DNA of 64,000 nt from Chiloscyllium plagiosum (lineage: Eukaryota), in assembly GCF_004010195.1 (NCBI RefSeq), contig NC_057719.1, positions 84,632,833 through 84,696,832 on the forward strand, read 5' to 3'. The translations under genes were made by a program, and so were the position numbers. The notes below the pieces were generated by a model, which was not told the origin of the DNA, made no database searches, and saw only the letters and a list, made by a program, of their open reading frames with translations. Numbering within the stretch: the first letter of the stretch is position 1; each line of letters starts with the position of its first letter. This document shows positions 1-12,360 of the stretch, one piece after another.

Positions 1-744
1 TGAGATTTCTTGTAACATTTTCTGAGCAGCCAGACACACAGTAATTATTTTAATTCTAGCATTTCTCTGTTTGTTGTGATGTATAATCCCGTAACCAATT
101 TTGTCTCTGCTAACCATTTACTTTTTATTACATGTTGAAGGTTTCACAACTTTATGTGTCCTGCTTTTTTAAATCAAGATTCTACTCTTTTTTTATTGCT
201 TCCTTGGGCATCCTTTGCTCAATTCTGAAGTGCACCTAATCTTTAGGATTACAAGTTTTCATCACCTTTGTGATGTATTGGTCAAATGCAATATTTGACT
301 TAACTCGAAACAGAAACTGCTGGAGAAATTGAACAGGCCTAACTGCAAAGTTGGAAAGAGAAATAGATTTAATGTTTTCAGTTCAATTCTACTTTGTAAT
401 ATTTAAATTCCTTTGCTGCTTTCACTGACCTCACTTTCCCTCTTGCGTCTTTGTACTTAAAAGGAATGCATACTTGCTCAAAGCCGTAAGTTAATGATGT
501 TAGCACTAGATTTTGCTTTTCTATCAGTGTAGCTTTTAATTCAACTCTTGAATGGTCATTGTTGTTAAATATAGCATTTTACAACAAGATTAATAGTTGA
601 CCCTTTCTCATCGTTTAATGTGAGGCGTAAAATTGGAAAATAAACCGTTCCTTGATTGATTCCTCAACAAACGGCTCCAGAAAAATCCATCTCAGCATGT
701 TCTGGAGAAGAAAATAGAAGAGTGGTGGTAAAATCCTCAAACTA

Positions 745-1030
745 GTAACACTGGCTCCCATATTAATGCTCTGGGATCAGCAATTCTTATCCAAAGATGG
801 CAGATGTTACCATTTCATTTCAATAAATATCAACCTAATGACAACCTTGTCATCTTTGCTGTTATTTGTAAAATCTCATCTGGATCACTGGTATCCTTTA
901 GGTACCTGATCTGGCATACCTGTGACTCTGGACTAACAGCAAAATGGCTGAATCTGCATTGGTCTATTAAACTGGTCAGTTCATGGGCAGTTATGGACAG
1001 GCAATAAATCTGAACCAGCAAGCCATCCAG
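745..1030 (+). mobile_element. Diverged SacSINE1/Deu-type SINE
   Basis: Deu-like core ...tacctgatctggcatacctgtgactctgga... shared with the copy at 10490-10775. Confidence 0.5.
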
Positions 1031-2969
1031 AAAAGAAATAAAGCAAGGTTATGTCAATCATATTGGTATGCATCAACTTTTTCCGGGTTATATAACATTA
1101 TAATCACTTAAAAGGATTGCTTTTGCATTGTAAAATGCACTTCTCATTTCCGAATTAATATCCTTCCAAACAAACATTGCTAGTGTGTAGTCTATGAACA
1201 GCTCCAATTAATTATATTTGCCCTTTTATATTTCTGTTGTATTCATACTCTTCATCTTGACACTCTGTTCCAAGATCCTCTGTTTCCACAATTAGTCACC
1301 CTGAAACCATGTCTCTATAAAGGCAATTATATCATTCCCACTTCATCCATTTGTGCCACCAATTCACATTGTTTATTGGAAATATCACAATACTTCACTT
1401 AATTAAGTAGGCAACATATTTTCACGCCATTTGGTGACAGACCCTTCCTCAAGAAAGATGTTGATTGTTGCTCAAAAAAGCAAAATGATGTTCAAAATGG
1501 AAAGCTTTTAGTTCTAGTTTGAAGTATGTATTATCAGATTGTCACCGTGGACTGTAGGAAGGACTTCGGGAAGAAAGTATTTCAAAGGATGCTTTGGGAA
1601 AGCCAATAATTAGTTTCGATGCTGCCAGAACATTTGGGCTTCAGACTTACTGAAAGCCTTGACTGAGATATGGATGACAGAATGGAAATCAACTGAGGCA
1701 TTGTCATGAGTCACGTACAAAAGTGAACTGAAAAATGAATCCTTCCATTTCCAGGCTGACAATAACATTAAAGGTTTAATAAATTACTAAATAGTCCTCA
1801 GTTTCCTTTTCTGACAATCTCAGGGCAACAGAAACCACTGACCAGGTTTTTGGACGTAATACAAAAGTACTAATCATTGTAGAATAATCAACTCTAACCA
1901 CAGGTAAACTGAATATGATGCACCGACTTGTGAGTTTATTGGTTGTAACTTTCAACTCCTTCTTAATCCTCTATGTTCACATACACAGACAAACAAAGAA
2001 GATTGCTCCTGGTTCAAGAAAGCAATGAGGATGCACAGTTCAATAGCACCAGTTCACAGGATCAAATGATGTGTCCCTTTCACTTTCCAAAACCATTAAT
2101 TCCCTGAGCTACTTATTTTTAGATTTCCAAATAATGTTGACAAGTATTATCATTACCAACAAATAAAAATCAACTTTTTTTCTCTCAGTAATATCCTATG
2201 CAGGTATTCAAACCTAATGAAGCATCTTCATTCTTTAATTTCTTATTCAACTAATAGGGTCACAAGCAATTCCTTTCTCTCACCTATGCATATTCATCAG
2301 GTATGGTTCTCTCTCTAACGCCCTCTCTCTCATCAAGAGACACAAACACAAGTTAACACTGTTTAAAAAAAAAGCCTCAGATTTCCCAGCCCTATCTACT
2401 TGGACTATTAATACAGCTTAAAACTGCTTTCCACATTTAATGGCCTGGGGACGTTCAAATTTCTATGTCGTTTTGCCAGTGTGGATATTTTCTCTTCGAT
2501 TTGAATCTCCTTCTGCTCCCTCACCTTCTACCTTGAGCTGGGTCGTAAATCTGAGATTAAGCACTTCAGCAAATACCTCACAAGGGAACTTGTCTAATCA
2601 CTTATCTTAAGTCACATGATTTCTCACAAATGTTGTTTTGACTAAATGCCAAAAGAATGGTTTTCTGGCACTTAGTTAAAACAAGGCTCCTTCACAGAAT
2701 GGAAATCAAAATCCCGCGTAGCTCTACTTTCGAACTCAATGTTTCGAAATGGAAGTAATGCTTTGAAATTTTTTATGAAAGTCTCGTACACGTGTCAACC
2801 TTGATGTGAAGCAGTAATCATTAATGATCAGCCAATATGAACCCAGAGCTGAACTGATTCAAGTCAATTGCCTTCAATCTATTACTGACTTTCTTTCTTG
2901 TTTTCTGATTGATTGCACATGATTGTTGGAGGAAACGCTTCAATTCACAAAAACTCCAATAGTGCTAAT

Positions 2970-3310
2970 TTAAAAATCACACAACACCAGATTATAGCCC
3001 GACAGATATAATCACACTAGCTTTCGTAGCGACGCTCCTTCATCATGTGGTAGTGGAGGGCTCAATCCTAACACACAGAATTTATAGCAAAAATTTACAG
3101 TGTGATATAACTGAAATTATGCATTGAAAAATTGATTGTCTGTTAAGCCTTTCATCTGTTAGAATACAGTGATAGTTTCACTTCTTTCATGTGTAAATCA
3201 CAAAAACTTTTTTTTTAAAGTTGCTTTCTCGGGCTAGTTGTTAACAATGGTGATAGCTAGACAATATGTTGAAGCTAAGCAGAGAATGCAACTTTAAAAA
3301 AAATAGGTTT
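2970..3310 (-). mobile_element. Penelope-like terminal repeat fragment with degenerate hammerhead motif
   Basis: Minus strand 3016-3048 reads aTGATGA-aggagc-gtc-gctac-GAAAGCTA; short inverted segment aaagttgc/gcaacttt near the right end. Confidence 0.55.
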
Positions 3311-3723
3311 CAATCTTTAATCCAACTCTGTGTGCTGGAACTGAATGAAATCTGCATGGTTGCCTCAAAATCAGATTTCACTCATTCAGCAGGTATATAA
3401 TCAGTCAACGTTAGTGACCGACTTGCTCCTGATGTTTCACTCAGCAGTTTGGGGAATACAATAAAATCGACTCCTTTTAAAATAAAAGATGCAAAGTCTG
3501 TATTGTTCTGGTTCATTTTATCAAGAGTTGAGAAGGAATGTGCCCTGCACTGCACAACTAATTTTTTAACAGCCATTTCCTTTCCAGATTCACTCCACTC
3601 TGAGGACAAGCCCACAACTGCAATTGGTATCCCACCTAAAGAGGTTTTCTATGTCTAATATTACTTCAATGGATGCATGTAGGAATGTCGAAGATGCTTC
3701 CTCGAGCCGGACAGTGTGGAATG

Positions 3724-4390
3724 NNNNNNNNNNNNNNNNNNNNNNNNNNNNNNNNNNNNNNNNNNNNNNNNNNNNNNNNNNNNNNNNNNNNNNNNNNNNN
3801 NNNNNNNNNNNNNNNNNNNNNNNNNNNNNNNNNNNNNNNNNNNNNNNNNNNNNNNNNNNNNNNNNNNNNNNNNNNNNNNNNNNNNNNNNNNNNNNNNNNN
3901 NNNNNNNNNNNNNNNNNNNNNNNNNNNNNNNNNNNNNNNNNNNNNNNNNNNNNNNNNNNNNNNNNNNNNNNNNNNNNNNNNNNNNNNNNNNNNNNNNNNN
4001 NNNNNNNNNNNNNNNNNNNNNNNNNNNNNNNNNNNNNNNNNNNNNNNNNNNNNNNNNNNNNNNNNNNNNNNNNNNNNNNNNNNNNNNNNNNNNNNNNNNN
4101 NNNNNNNNNNNNNNNNNNNNNNNNNNNNNNNNNNNNNNNNNNNNNNNNNNNNNNNNNNNNNNNNNNNNNNNNNNNNNNNNNNNNNNNNNNNNNNNNNNNN
4201 NNNNNNNNNNNNNNNNNNNNNNNNNNNNNNNNNNNNNNNNNNNNNNNNNNNNNNNNNNNNNNNNNNNNNNNNNNNNNNNNNNNNNNNNNNNNNNNNNNNN
4301 NNNNNNNNNNNNNNNNNNNNNNNNNNNNNNNNNNNNNNNNNNNNNNNNNNNNNNNNNNNNNNNNNNNNNNNNNNNNNNNNNNNNNNNNNN
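3724..4390. other. Assembly gap (667 N)
   Basis: Run of N. Confidence 1.
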
Positions 4391-5589
4391 AACATGGACG
4401 CAAAACTCAGCCATTCAGCACTTTGAATTTGCTCTGCCATTGGCTGAGCTGATTTGATTTGAACATGAAGTCTACGTTCCAGCATGTTCTTGATGATCTT
4501 CATCCCAGTGATAATCAAAAATCTATCTACTTACAGGTTAAAAAAAAGTAAGAATTCTACATTACATTTTTTTGAGGCACGGCATTTCCAAACTTGCATT
4601 CCTTTCAGAGAAATCAGTTCTCACCAACACTGTCTAAATGAACCACACCTTATTTTGCAACTCTTGCTCTAATGTTCGGATCAGGGTTGGGTAGGGCTCC
4701 TCTGTTATTTTTCCAAAAAAAGGCTGTTTTTCAATAATGTCTGCGGCGTGGAAAGAGACACCGAGGCTTGTGTTGCCTCTGCACAGGTTCGAAATGTGCA
4801 CATTCAAATTTCTTAAGGTCTCATGGCCTAAATGACTTTTTACAGACTTACTCATATTGACAACAATCCTTTCGTGCTTTCTTTGCTTTCGGAGAACCTG
4901 TGTGTAAAATGAAATGAAGTTTTTGGGAGTTTAATAATGCAGCTGTATAATATAAAAGCCATTCATTTTGCTGGAAAGAACAATATTTTAATGGACATTT
5001 TGGAAAAAGCTAATGTGAATTAAACCAATGTGTTAAACGTCCTGATTGAAGCAGCTTTAAGTGTAATATCACTGCTCTGGCAATCAATGTATTTCATTTC
5101 ATTAACTTTGGCGAGCCATAGAAATCATGTCGAAAAGTTCTTTCGAATGCTATGTCAAACTACCTCTTAAGAATGCCTTTCCATTGTTCAACAGATGCAT
5201 TAGATCACTAGAGAAAGAGAAGGGTGAGATTAGAAAGTTACAACTGGGGGCTGACATGGCACTGTTGTACAATCTCTCAAGCTGGGCTAGTTGGCCTGGT
5301 TCCAATTCTCAGTTTCTCCACAGCCCTCTCCTTGCACACGTTGATTTAAACGGCGGAAACGTGATGCTTTGTAGCTACCTGACAGAATAACTTACTCTCC
5401 GCATCGAATTAAAGTTAAGCCAAAATAATTGGGTCTCTCGTGTTTCTCTCAGAGATTAGTGTCTCTGGAAGCTGGGAGTCATTGTCCCTGATTCTCCCTG
5501 GATCACAGAGCTCACTTTAAATGCTGCACAGTGACTTGTTTGGTAGGAATAGTGTGTTTAATGAGATCTGCTCACTCCCTCACCAGAGG

Positions 5590-5606
5590 ATTGGCTTCTA
5601 TATAAG
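5590..5606 (+). promoter_or_regulatory. Candidate TATA box (TATATAAG, 5599-5606) with adjacent ATTGG for the GPCR gene
   Basis: Sequence attggcttctatataag lies about 80 nt upstream of the ATG at 5683. Position argument only. Confidence 0.4.
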
Positions 5607-5682
5607 TCAAGTGCCTTTCAATGCTTTGCCTCATTTTGACTGCTTCCGCTTTCACCTGAAAGTGGGATCACAGGCACTTCCG

Positions 5683-5725
5683 ATGGAAATTCTCATTCCC
5701 ATTCTTGCAATCGTTGGAATTCCTG
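5683..5725 (+). CDS. Exon 1 of GPR139/GPR142-like class A GPCR (MEILIPILAIVGIP-G)
   Basis: ATG at 5683, hydrophobic TM1 start, donor CCTG|gtaagt at 5726. The phase-1 G joins CG at 9572 to give ...VGIP-A-NLMTVLILSQGKCGLS, the typical TM1 of this receptor family. An upstream in-frame ATG at 5521 is an alternative start. Confidence 0.8.
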
Positions 5726-6567
5726 GTAAGTGGTTAAACGTTCTGTGACATTTTTATTGCTGGTTCTGCGTTGAATTTTGTTTCAGCAATTTGCAGCTGT
5801 ACCCCACGAATTCATCTCCTACATATTTGCTGCGTTTGCCTGCTCTTCATTAACATCAGTTTCAATTTGAGTGCAGTTTGTCCTAAACCACCCTCTGGTT
5901 TGGAAACACCTGTGTTTAGTCTGAACAAAGAGGATTGCAATGAAATGAAATAGATTTAGCTACAGTAAACTGGATGGATAGATTTACAGAAATGCTTGCA
6001 ATGGCAGACATTTAAGGGACTAATTCATGACTCTTGGCAAAAACAAAATATATCCCAGTAAGGAGGAAAGATTCCACAAGTGCGATAAACCAGACATGTT
6101 AAACAAAGGAAGGTCAGAGCATATTGAGTTGAAAGATAAAGCACGCACAGATGCAGCAATCAGGCCTGCAAACTGAGGTAAATTCAGAAGTCAGCAAAGG
6201 AGGACTGAAAAGAGAGAGAAAATAAACTGAGAGCCAGCTACCAAGGAATATAAACACTGACTGTAAGAGCTTTTTTAAATATGTAAAAAGGAAGAGAGTG
6301 ATCAGAGTGAAAATGAATTGGGGAGATAATCACAAGGTACAAGGAAATGGCAGAGGGCTGATACAGATATTTTGCATCACACTTTACAGTGGATGATACT
6401 TCGAACATGTAATTAATTCTAAAGAATATACTGGAGAACCTGATGCTCACCTCAATCACTAAAGGAGGCAGATGAGACAACCTAATGATGTTAAAGAAAT
6501 AAGTTCCCTAGCCCTGATGGTTTGCAGCCTCGGATGAAAAAAAGTATGTATATAAATAATGGATGCA

Positions 6568-6861
6568 TGAGATGAGATTCCTTCCAGTGTGGAAAGAGGC
6601 TCTTTGACCCAACACGTCCACGCTGACCCTCCAAAGAGGAACTCATCCCCTTAGGTTTACCACTAACTAATGCACATAACACTATGGGCAATTCAGCATG
6701 GCCAATTCACTTGACCTTCATATCATTGGTTTGAAAGAGGAGACCTGCATAGACACGGGGAGAATTTGCAAATGCCAGTCATGCAGTCACCTGAAGTTGG
6801 ATTTGAAACCAGGTCTCTGGCGCTGTGAGGTTGCAGTGCTAGCCTATGAGCCACCATGCCG
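6568..6861 (-). mobile_element. HE1/V-SINE, diverged copy
   Basis: Reverse-complement similarity to the copies at 26850 and 42349. Confidence 0.8.
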
Positions 6862-7742
6862 CATTGTGTGTAATTTCCCAAAATCCTTGGAATTGGAATA
6901 GCACCAGAATTAGCGGTTTCATGCCAGCTGTATTCAAAAAGGCGGGGGGAGGTGTGAACAAAGAATAACTATATGTATTGTTGAAAAAAGTATTGGAATC
7001 AATTACTAAAGATGGTATAGCACTATATTTGAAAAATATTAATCTCATCCAGCAGACAGGACAGCTTTATGAAAGTGAAATTTTGTATGACAAATTGATT
7101 TGATTGTTTTAAGGAAGACTCAACCAGAATAGATATAGAGGCAACTGTAGATGTGTTCTACTTGACATTTCAGAATCCCCTCAACAAGGTAGCCACCGAA
7201 GGTTCAACCATTAAATAAGATCCCCATGCTATTGGAGGTCGTGCATTGTTCTGGATAGAGAATTGGCCACACGCCAAGATGTAGTGATTGAGGATAAGGG
7301 TTTTTTATTGAGATTGGCGTTCTATGAACATTGGGTTCCACGGGGATCTGGGACTGCAACTCTTTACAGTATCCATTAATGGCTTGAAGGAAGAAAGTGA
7401 ATGCACGATGGCCAAATTTGCAGATGACCCCATACAGAAGTGGCAAGGCAGATTATGAGGGGTACGTCAGCAGTTTACAGCGAGATATTGATGGGGATTG
7501 CGGGCAACAAGTTGGGAAATGGAGTCAAACATGCGATCAGGTGAAGATGTTCATTCTGGAAAGTAGGACAAGAGACAGAGTTTTATTTCATGATAAAAAA
7601 AACTGCAGAAAGCTGGAACACAAAGGGATACTTATGCATCGAACATACAAAGCTGGAAGGAAATGGAATGTTAAGCCTAATTTCTAGAGTTGATTTGATT
7701 TGATTTACTTTAGTCGCATGTACCTGAGTACAGTAAAAAAAA

Positions 7743-7916
7743 AGCTGAAAATGTGTTGCTGGAAAAGCGCAGCAGGTCAGGCAGCATCCAGGGAACACGG
7801 CTTATGCCCGAAACGTCGATTCTCCTGTTCCCTGAATGCTGCCTGACCTGCTGCGCTTTTCCAGCAACACATTTTCAGCTCTGATCTCCAGCATCTGCAG
7901 ACCTCACTTTTCCTAG
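7743..7916 (+). mobile_element. Penelope-derived palindromic mini-element (55-bp inverted arms, half hammerhead in the loop)
   Basis: 7743-7797 is the reverse complement of 7826-7880 (1 mismatch); loop contains ggcttatgcccGAAACGTC; flanked by the direct repeat agtaaaaaaaa at 7732 and 7917. Confidence 0.85.
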
Positions 7917-9571
7917 AGTAAAAAAAAGTTTGTTTTGCGAGCAGTACGGACAGATCATAGCAAAGAATACCACACAGATCCTTAGTGTTCAGATGATCTG
8001 AAACATACAGGTTACAAATGCACAGGGATTTTGCAACACAAGATCAACATTAGCAAAGTCAACATTATTTGAAGTTAGAGAGACCATTCAGCACTCGAAT
8101 ATTCAGAAACTTTTCTTGAACCTGTTTGTACGTGTATTCATTGGAGTGTAAGAGTAGGGAAGTCTTACTGCTATTGTACAAGGTATTGGTGAGACCAGAC
8201 CAGGATTTCTGTGAGCAGTTTTGATTCTGTTATTGAAAGAAAGATAACATTTCATTAGAATCAGATCAAATAGGGATTTTTAGGTCGATCACATATATGG
8301 AGGGAATGTACAATGACTAAAGGCTAAACATTTTGGGAGTCCACTAAATGGATTTTAAAAGAACGAGAGGTGATCTCGTTTAGACATATCAGATTCTTCA
8401 GGGGCTTGTCGGGGTAAATGCTGTGAAGGTGTTTCCACTGATGGGAGAGTGCTTTAACTGTTCCTGCTTCCACCTGAAAATGGGAACAAAAGTACTTTCT
8501 GATGGAAATTGTCAATCTCACCCTTGTGATCCTTGAAATTCCTGTTAAGTGGTGACGAGCTGTTGCGGTATTCTTCTTGTCTGTTCTATTTGGGGAGAGC
8601 CAAAAGGGCATAGTCTCAGAAGAAAGGAGTGTCAATTTCAGACTGAGGTGAGGAGGAACGTTTTCTCTCCAGGGGTTGTGAGCACTGAGGGAGCTATGTA
8701 GGGAGAGTCCTTATGTATATTTAATGCTGAAGTTGACAGTTTATTGATGACAGTGGCAGACATTTTAAAAAGCCAACTTTTTTGACGGCCATTAACCAGA
8801 GAAAAGGAATGCTGGAACACATGGATTAGGAGTAGGAATAGACAAATTGGACGTTTGAACACCTTCTGACTTTCGGGAGGATACTGGCTGATCTGAATGA
8901 GCTGCATCCTCCTGCCTGCATTCCATGGGGGTCCACTGGTGTATGCAAAATTTATCCCACTCAGTGCCGTATGCCCAGCCCTCACGACCTTTTGAGGAAG
9001 AGGATTTCACATCACCATTCTCTGAGAGAATAACAACCTCCTTATCTCTGTTTGAGAAGAGAAACAGCTCACCCTTAAACCGTGTCCCCTTCTTTATATC
9101 CTTCCTCTCAAGAAGAAACTAGCTCCTGGTATTTTAATTTGTGCATTCCCATCAAGGTTTTAAATGTTTCAGTGAGATCACGACATTCTTCTGGACTCAA
9201 ACTCATATAGGCATAACCTTTCTTCGCAAAATTAGTCTTTAATCCTTGGAATGAGAAAAATAAATCCTCTCTGAGCTGCTTCAAAAGCAATAAGATGTGT
9301 TTTCTTGAAACGGGAGGTTAAGTGGTGCAAAGTGTTAACCACTTTTATATTATTCCTGAAATCGTCTTGCAATTACTCTAACATTATCCCTAACCTTAAG
9401 CCAATTACGCCCAGGACAGAGACCATGGATTACAAATGAAATGTCATTGTTCTTCACAGTTGTACAAGTATATAATTACATACAGCATCCCACAGTCTTG
9501 ACTGTCAATCGCTGACAGTGTGCCTCCTGCTGGGCGTTTTGACACATTTCACGATTGGATTTTCTTTACAG

Positions 9572-10476
9572 CGAACCTGATGACAGTGCTGATTCTTTCC
9601 CAAGGGAAGTGCGGCCTTTCTGAAGGAGTCACTCATTACATGACTGCCATGGCAACGGGAGATCTGATGGTTCTAGTCTTCAACGTGATCGTGAGCCAGA
9701 TCATCAGGGATTATTTCCCGGGATCGCTGCTGAAATACACTCCGGCCTGCCGACTCAATGTCTTCCTGCAAGGGTTCAGCATCCAACTCTCCATCTGGTT
9801 TACCATCGCCTTCACCTTTGATCGCTTTGTAGCAATTTGCTGCAACAAATTAAAGGCGTATTATTGCACAAAAAGATCAGCCAATATCGTTATAATCATC
9901 ATGAGCGCTTTTAACATCATGGTCAACATCCCCTTGCCTTTTCGCTATGAGCCCACTCACGTTCTGAACAATGTACAGTGGGGCTGCCGTACAGTCGCCA
10001 GCTACCTCACTTCACCAGCCTGGGCAGCTCACCGATGGCTCACCAACATCTCAAACTTGTTTCTTCCTATTCACCTGCTGCTGCTGTTGAACTCTCTCAC
10101 TGCCCACCACATCCTCGTGGCCAGCAGAGCTCGCCGGGCCCTGAAGAGCAGCAGAGGTGGTGCTGGGGAGATGGGCAGAGACCCTGAGCTGAAGAGCAGG
10201 AAGACCTCCATCATTCTGCACTTTACCATCTCCGGCTGCTCAATGGTGCTGTCAGCACCCATCACTGTCATCCACATCTGTGTCGGTGTTTCTCAGCTTG
10301 TGGCATTCCAAGGTTCAAGCTCACTTTATGTGGCAATCAGGGTCGCGTTCCTGCTGCTGTGCACCAGCTCCTGCATAAACACCTGTATTTATGCACTGAC
10401 CCAGAGGAGATTCAGGGAGGAGATGAAAAATATGCTTAAATATCCCTCCTCGCTGCTCTGTAAACCACGTTACTAA
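9572..10476 (+). CDS. Exon 2 of GPR139/GPR142-like rhodopsin-family GPCR (TM1 end to C-terminus)
   Basis: Acceptor tttctttacag| at 9571. Hydrophobic TM segments, TM2 AMATGDL, TM3 WFTIAFTFDRFVAIC (DRY-like), TM7 SSCINTCIY (NPxxY-like), helix 8 TQRRFREE. Open frame to TAA at 10476. Confidence 0.92.
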
Positions 10477-10489
10477 TTTACATTGACAT

Positions 10490-10775
10490 GGGGAGGTGCT
10501 GATGTAATGATAAACTCACTGGGCCCACAATCCAGAAACCAATGCTAAAATCCTAGTTTGAAATCATATCATTTGTGAAATTTCAATTCAATAAAAAGCT
10601 ATCTTTACTGTCTGGCCATTAGTGATTGTCAAGCCTGAAAGTTAATTTCCATCTCAGAACGAAGGGATGGAATTCTGGTACCTTTACCTGGTCGGCTTAC
10701 CTGTGGCATCAGGTCCATGGTCATCTGGGTTACTCATAGCTGCCCTCTAGGCAATAGATGCCAACCTTACTGGTG
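10490..10775 (+). mobile_element. SacSINE1/Deu-type SINE in the GPCR 3' UTR region
   Basis: Similar to the 17260-17456 (minus) and 745-1030 copies; contains AATAAA at 10590. Confidence 0.55.
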
Positions 10776-10904
10776 TTAACTGTCTCTCAAATGAACAAAA
10801 CACATTTGTACCCCATCTAGTTTTTGTAATTCTCAATGCAACTCATATGATCCTGAAAGCCTGGGCGAAGCCCAATCTATTTCAGAGTTGCAGAATAACA
10901 CACG

Positions 10905-11365
10905 TACAGTCATGGAGATTAAGTTTACGGAAACAGACCCTTCAGCCCAACGTGTCCATGCCACCCCGATATCCTAACCAAATCTAGTCCCATTTGCCTG
11001 CATTTTGCCCATATCCTTCTGAACCCTTCCTATTCATAGACATATCCAAATGCCTTTTATATGCTGTTATTGTACCAGCCTCCACCACTTCCTCTGGCAG
11101 CTCATTCCATACAGGCACCGCCCTCTGTGAGAAAACGTTGCACCTTTGATCCCTTTTATATCTTTCCTCTCGCACCTCTAGTTAAAGACTCCCCCACCCC
11201 AGGGAAAAGATTTGTCTATTCACCCTATCCATGCCCCTCATGATTTTATAAACCTCTGTGAATTCACCCCTCAGCTTCCAGCGAAAACAGCCCCAGTCTA
11301 TTCAGCCTCTCCCTTTGGCTCAAATCTTCCAAACCTAGCAACATCCTTGTAAATCTTTTCTTAAC
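10905..11365 (-). mobile_element. CR1 LINE 3' fragment
   Basis: Minus ORF ...FSQRAVPVWNELPEEVVEAGTITAYKRHLD, the CR1 ORF2 C-terminus. Confidence 0.9.
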
Positions 11366-11860
11366 ATACGACAATTTTGGTTCAACTATCTGCAAATGAT
11401 AGGATGTACAGTAAATTTAAACCAGATGTTAGCAAGACCACAATTTTCAAGTTTAATGTGGTTTTGGCAGTCACATTGACAGTTTGGGGGTAATACTGAT
11501 TGCATCGAAGAGATAAACTGGGATAATACCAGATACAAATCCCTGTAACTGTGAAGCAGAAATATAAGCATTGGATTTATTTCTTTGGATATAATCCATC
11601 TACAAGGCCGACTGTCAAGGAAAGGCCACTAGAATTTTCAAAGATCCATCCTACCCTGGCCACAACTTTTCCTATCGGGGAGAAGGTAGAGAAGTCTGAA
11701 CACACGCATCAGTCAGTTTTATACCTTTTTCTACCCTACTGTTGTTAGAATACTGAATGGACTCACAAACTCTTAACATTTCCCTGTACCTGTGTTTTTG
11801 TTTTTGCTGCTGTTTACCTATTATTTCCTATCTGTGCTACTTAACTCTGTGATCTGCCTG

Positions 11861-12360
11861 NNNNNNNNNNNNNNNNNNNNNNNNNNNNNNNNNNNNNNNN
11901 NNNNNNNNNNNNNNNNNNNNNNNNNNNNNNNNNNNNNNNNNNNNNNNNNNNNNNNNNNNNNNNNNNNNNNNNNNNNNNNNNNNNNNNNNNNNNNNNNNNN
12001 NNNNNNNNNNNNNNNNNNNNNNNNNNNNNNNNNNNNNNNNNNNNNNNNNNNNNNNNNNNNNNNNNNNNNNNNNNNNNNNNNNNNNNNNNNNNNNNNNNNN
12101 NNNNNNNNNNNNNNNNNNNNNNNNNNNNNNNNNNNNNNNNNNNNNNNNNNNNNNNNNNNNNNNNNNNNNNNNNNNNNNNNNNNNNNNNNNNNNNNNNNNN
12201 NNNNNNNNNNNNNNNNNNNNNNNNNNNNNNNNNNNNNNNNNNNNNNNNNNNNNNNNNNNNNNNNNNNNNNNNNNNNNNNNNNNNNNNNNNNNNNNNNNNN
12301 NNNNNNNNNNNNNNNNNNNNNNNNNNNNNNNNNNNNNNNNNNNNNNNNNNNNNNNNNNNN
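11861..12360. other. Assembly gap (exactly 500 N, probably an unsized scaffold join)
   Basis: Run of N with a round-number length. Confidence 1.

Larger units (their letters stand above)
5955..8860 (+). mobile_element. Old degenerate CR1 LINE (RT region to 3' end), interrupted by a SINE, a LINE tail and a Penelope hairpin; lies in the GPCR intron
   Basis: CR1-like remnants such as gccctgatggtttgcagcctcgg (GPDGLHPR-like) and aaatttgcagatgac (KFADD), with many stops. Confidence 0.7.

Noticed and set aside
301..390. Additional Penelope-type terminal repeat
   Set aside because: Only faint similarity (aacagaaactgctggagaaa); too decayed to support a call.
3590..4518. Long ORFs of 236-285 aa
   Set aside because: Artefacts of reading through the N gap; the same applies to 11792-12415 and 14791-15432.
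9520..9571. GTG-initiated N-terminus of the GPCR ORF
   Set aside because: Intronic polypyrimidine/acceptor sequence; TM1 is completed by the exon at 5683-5725.
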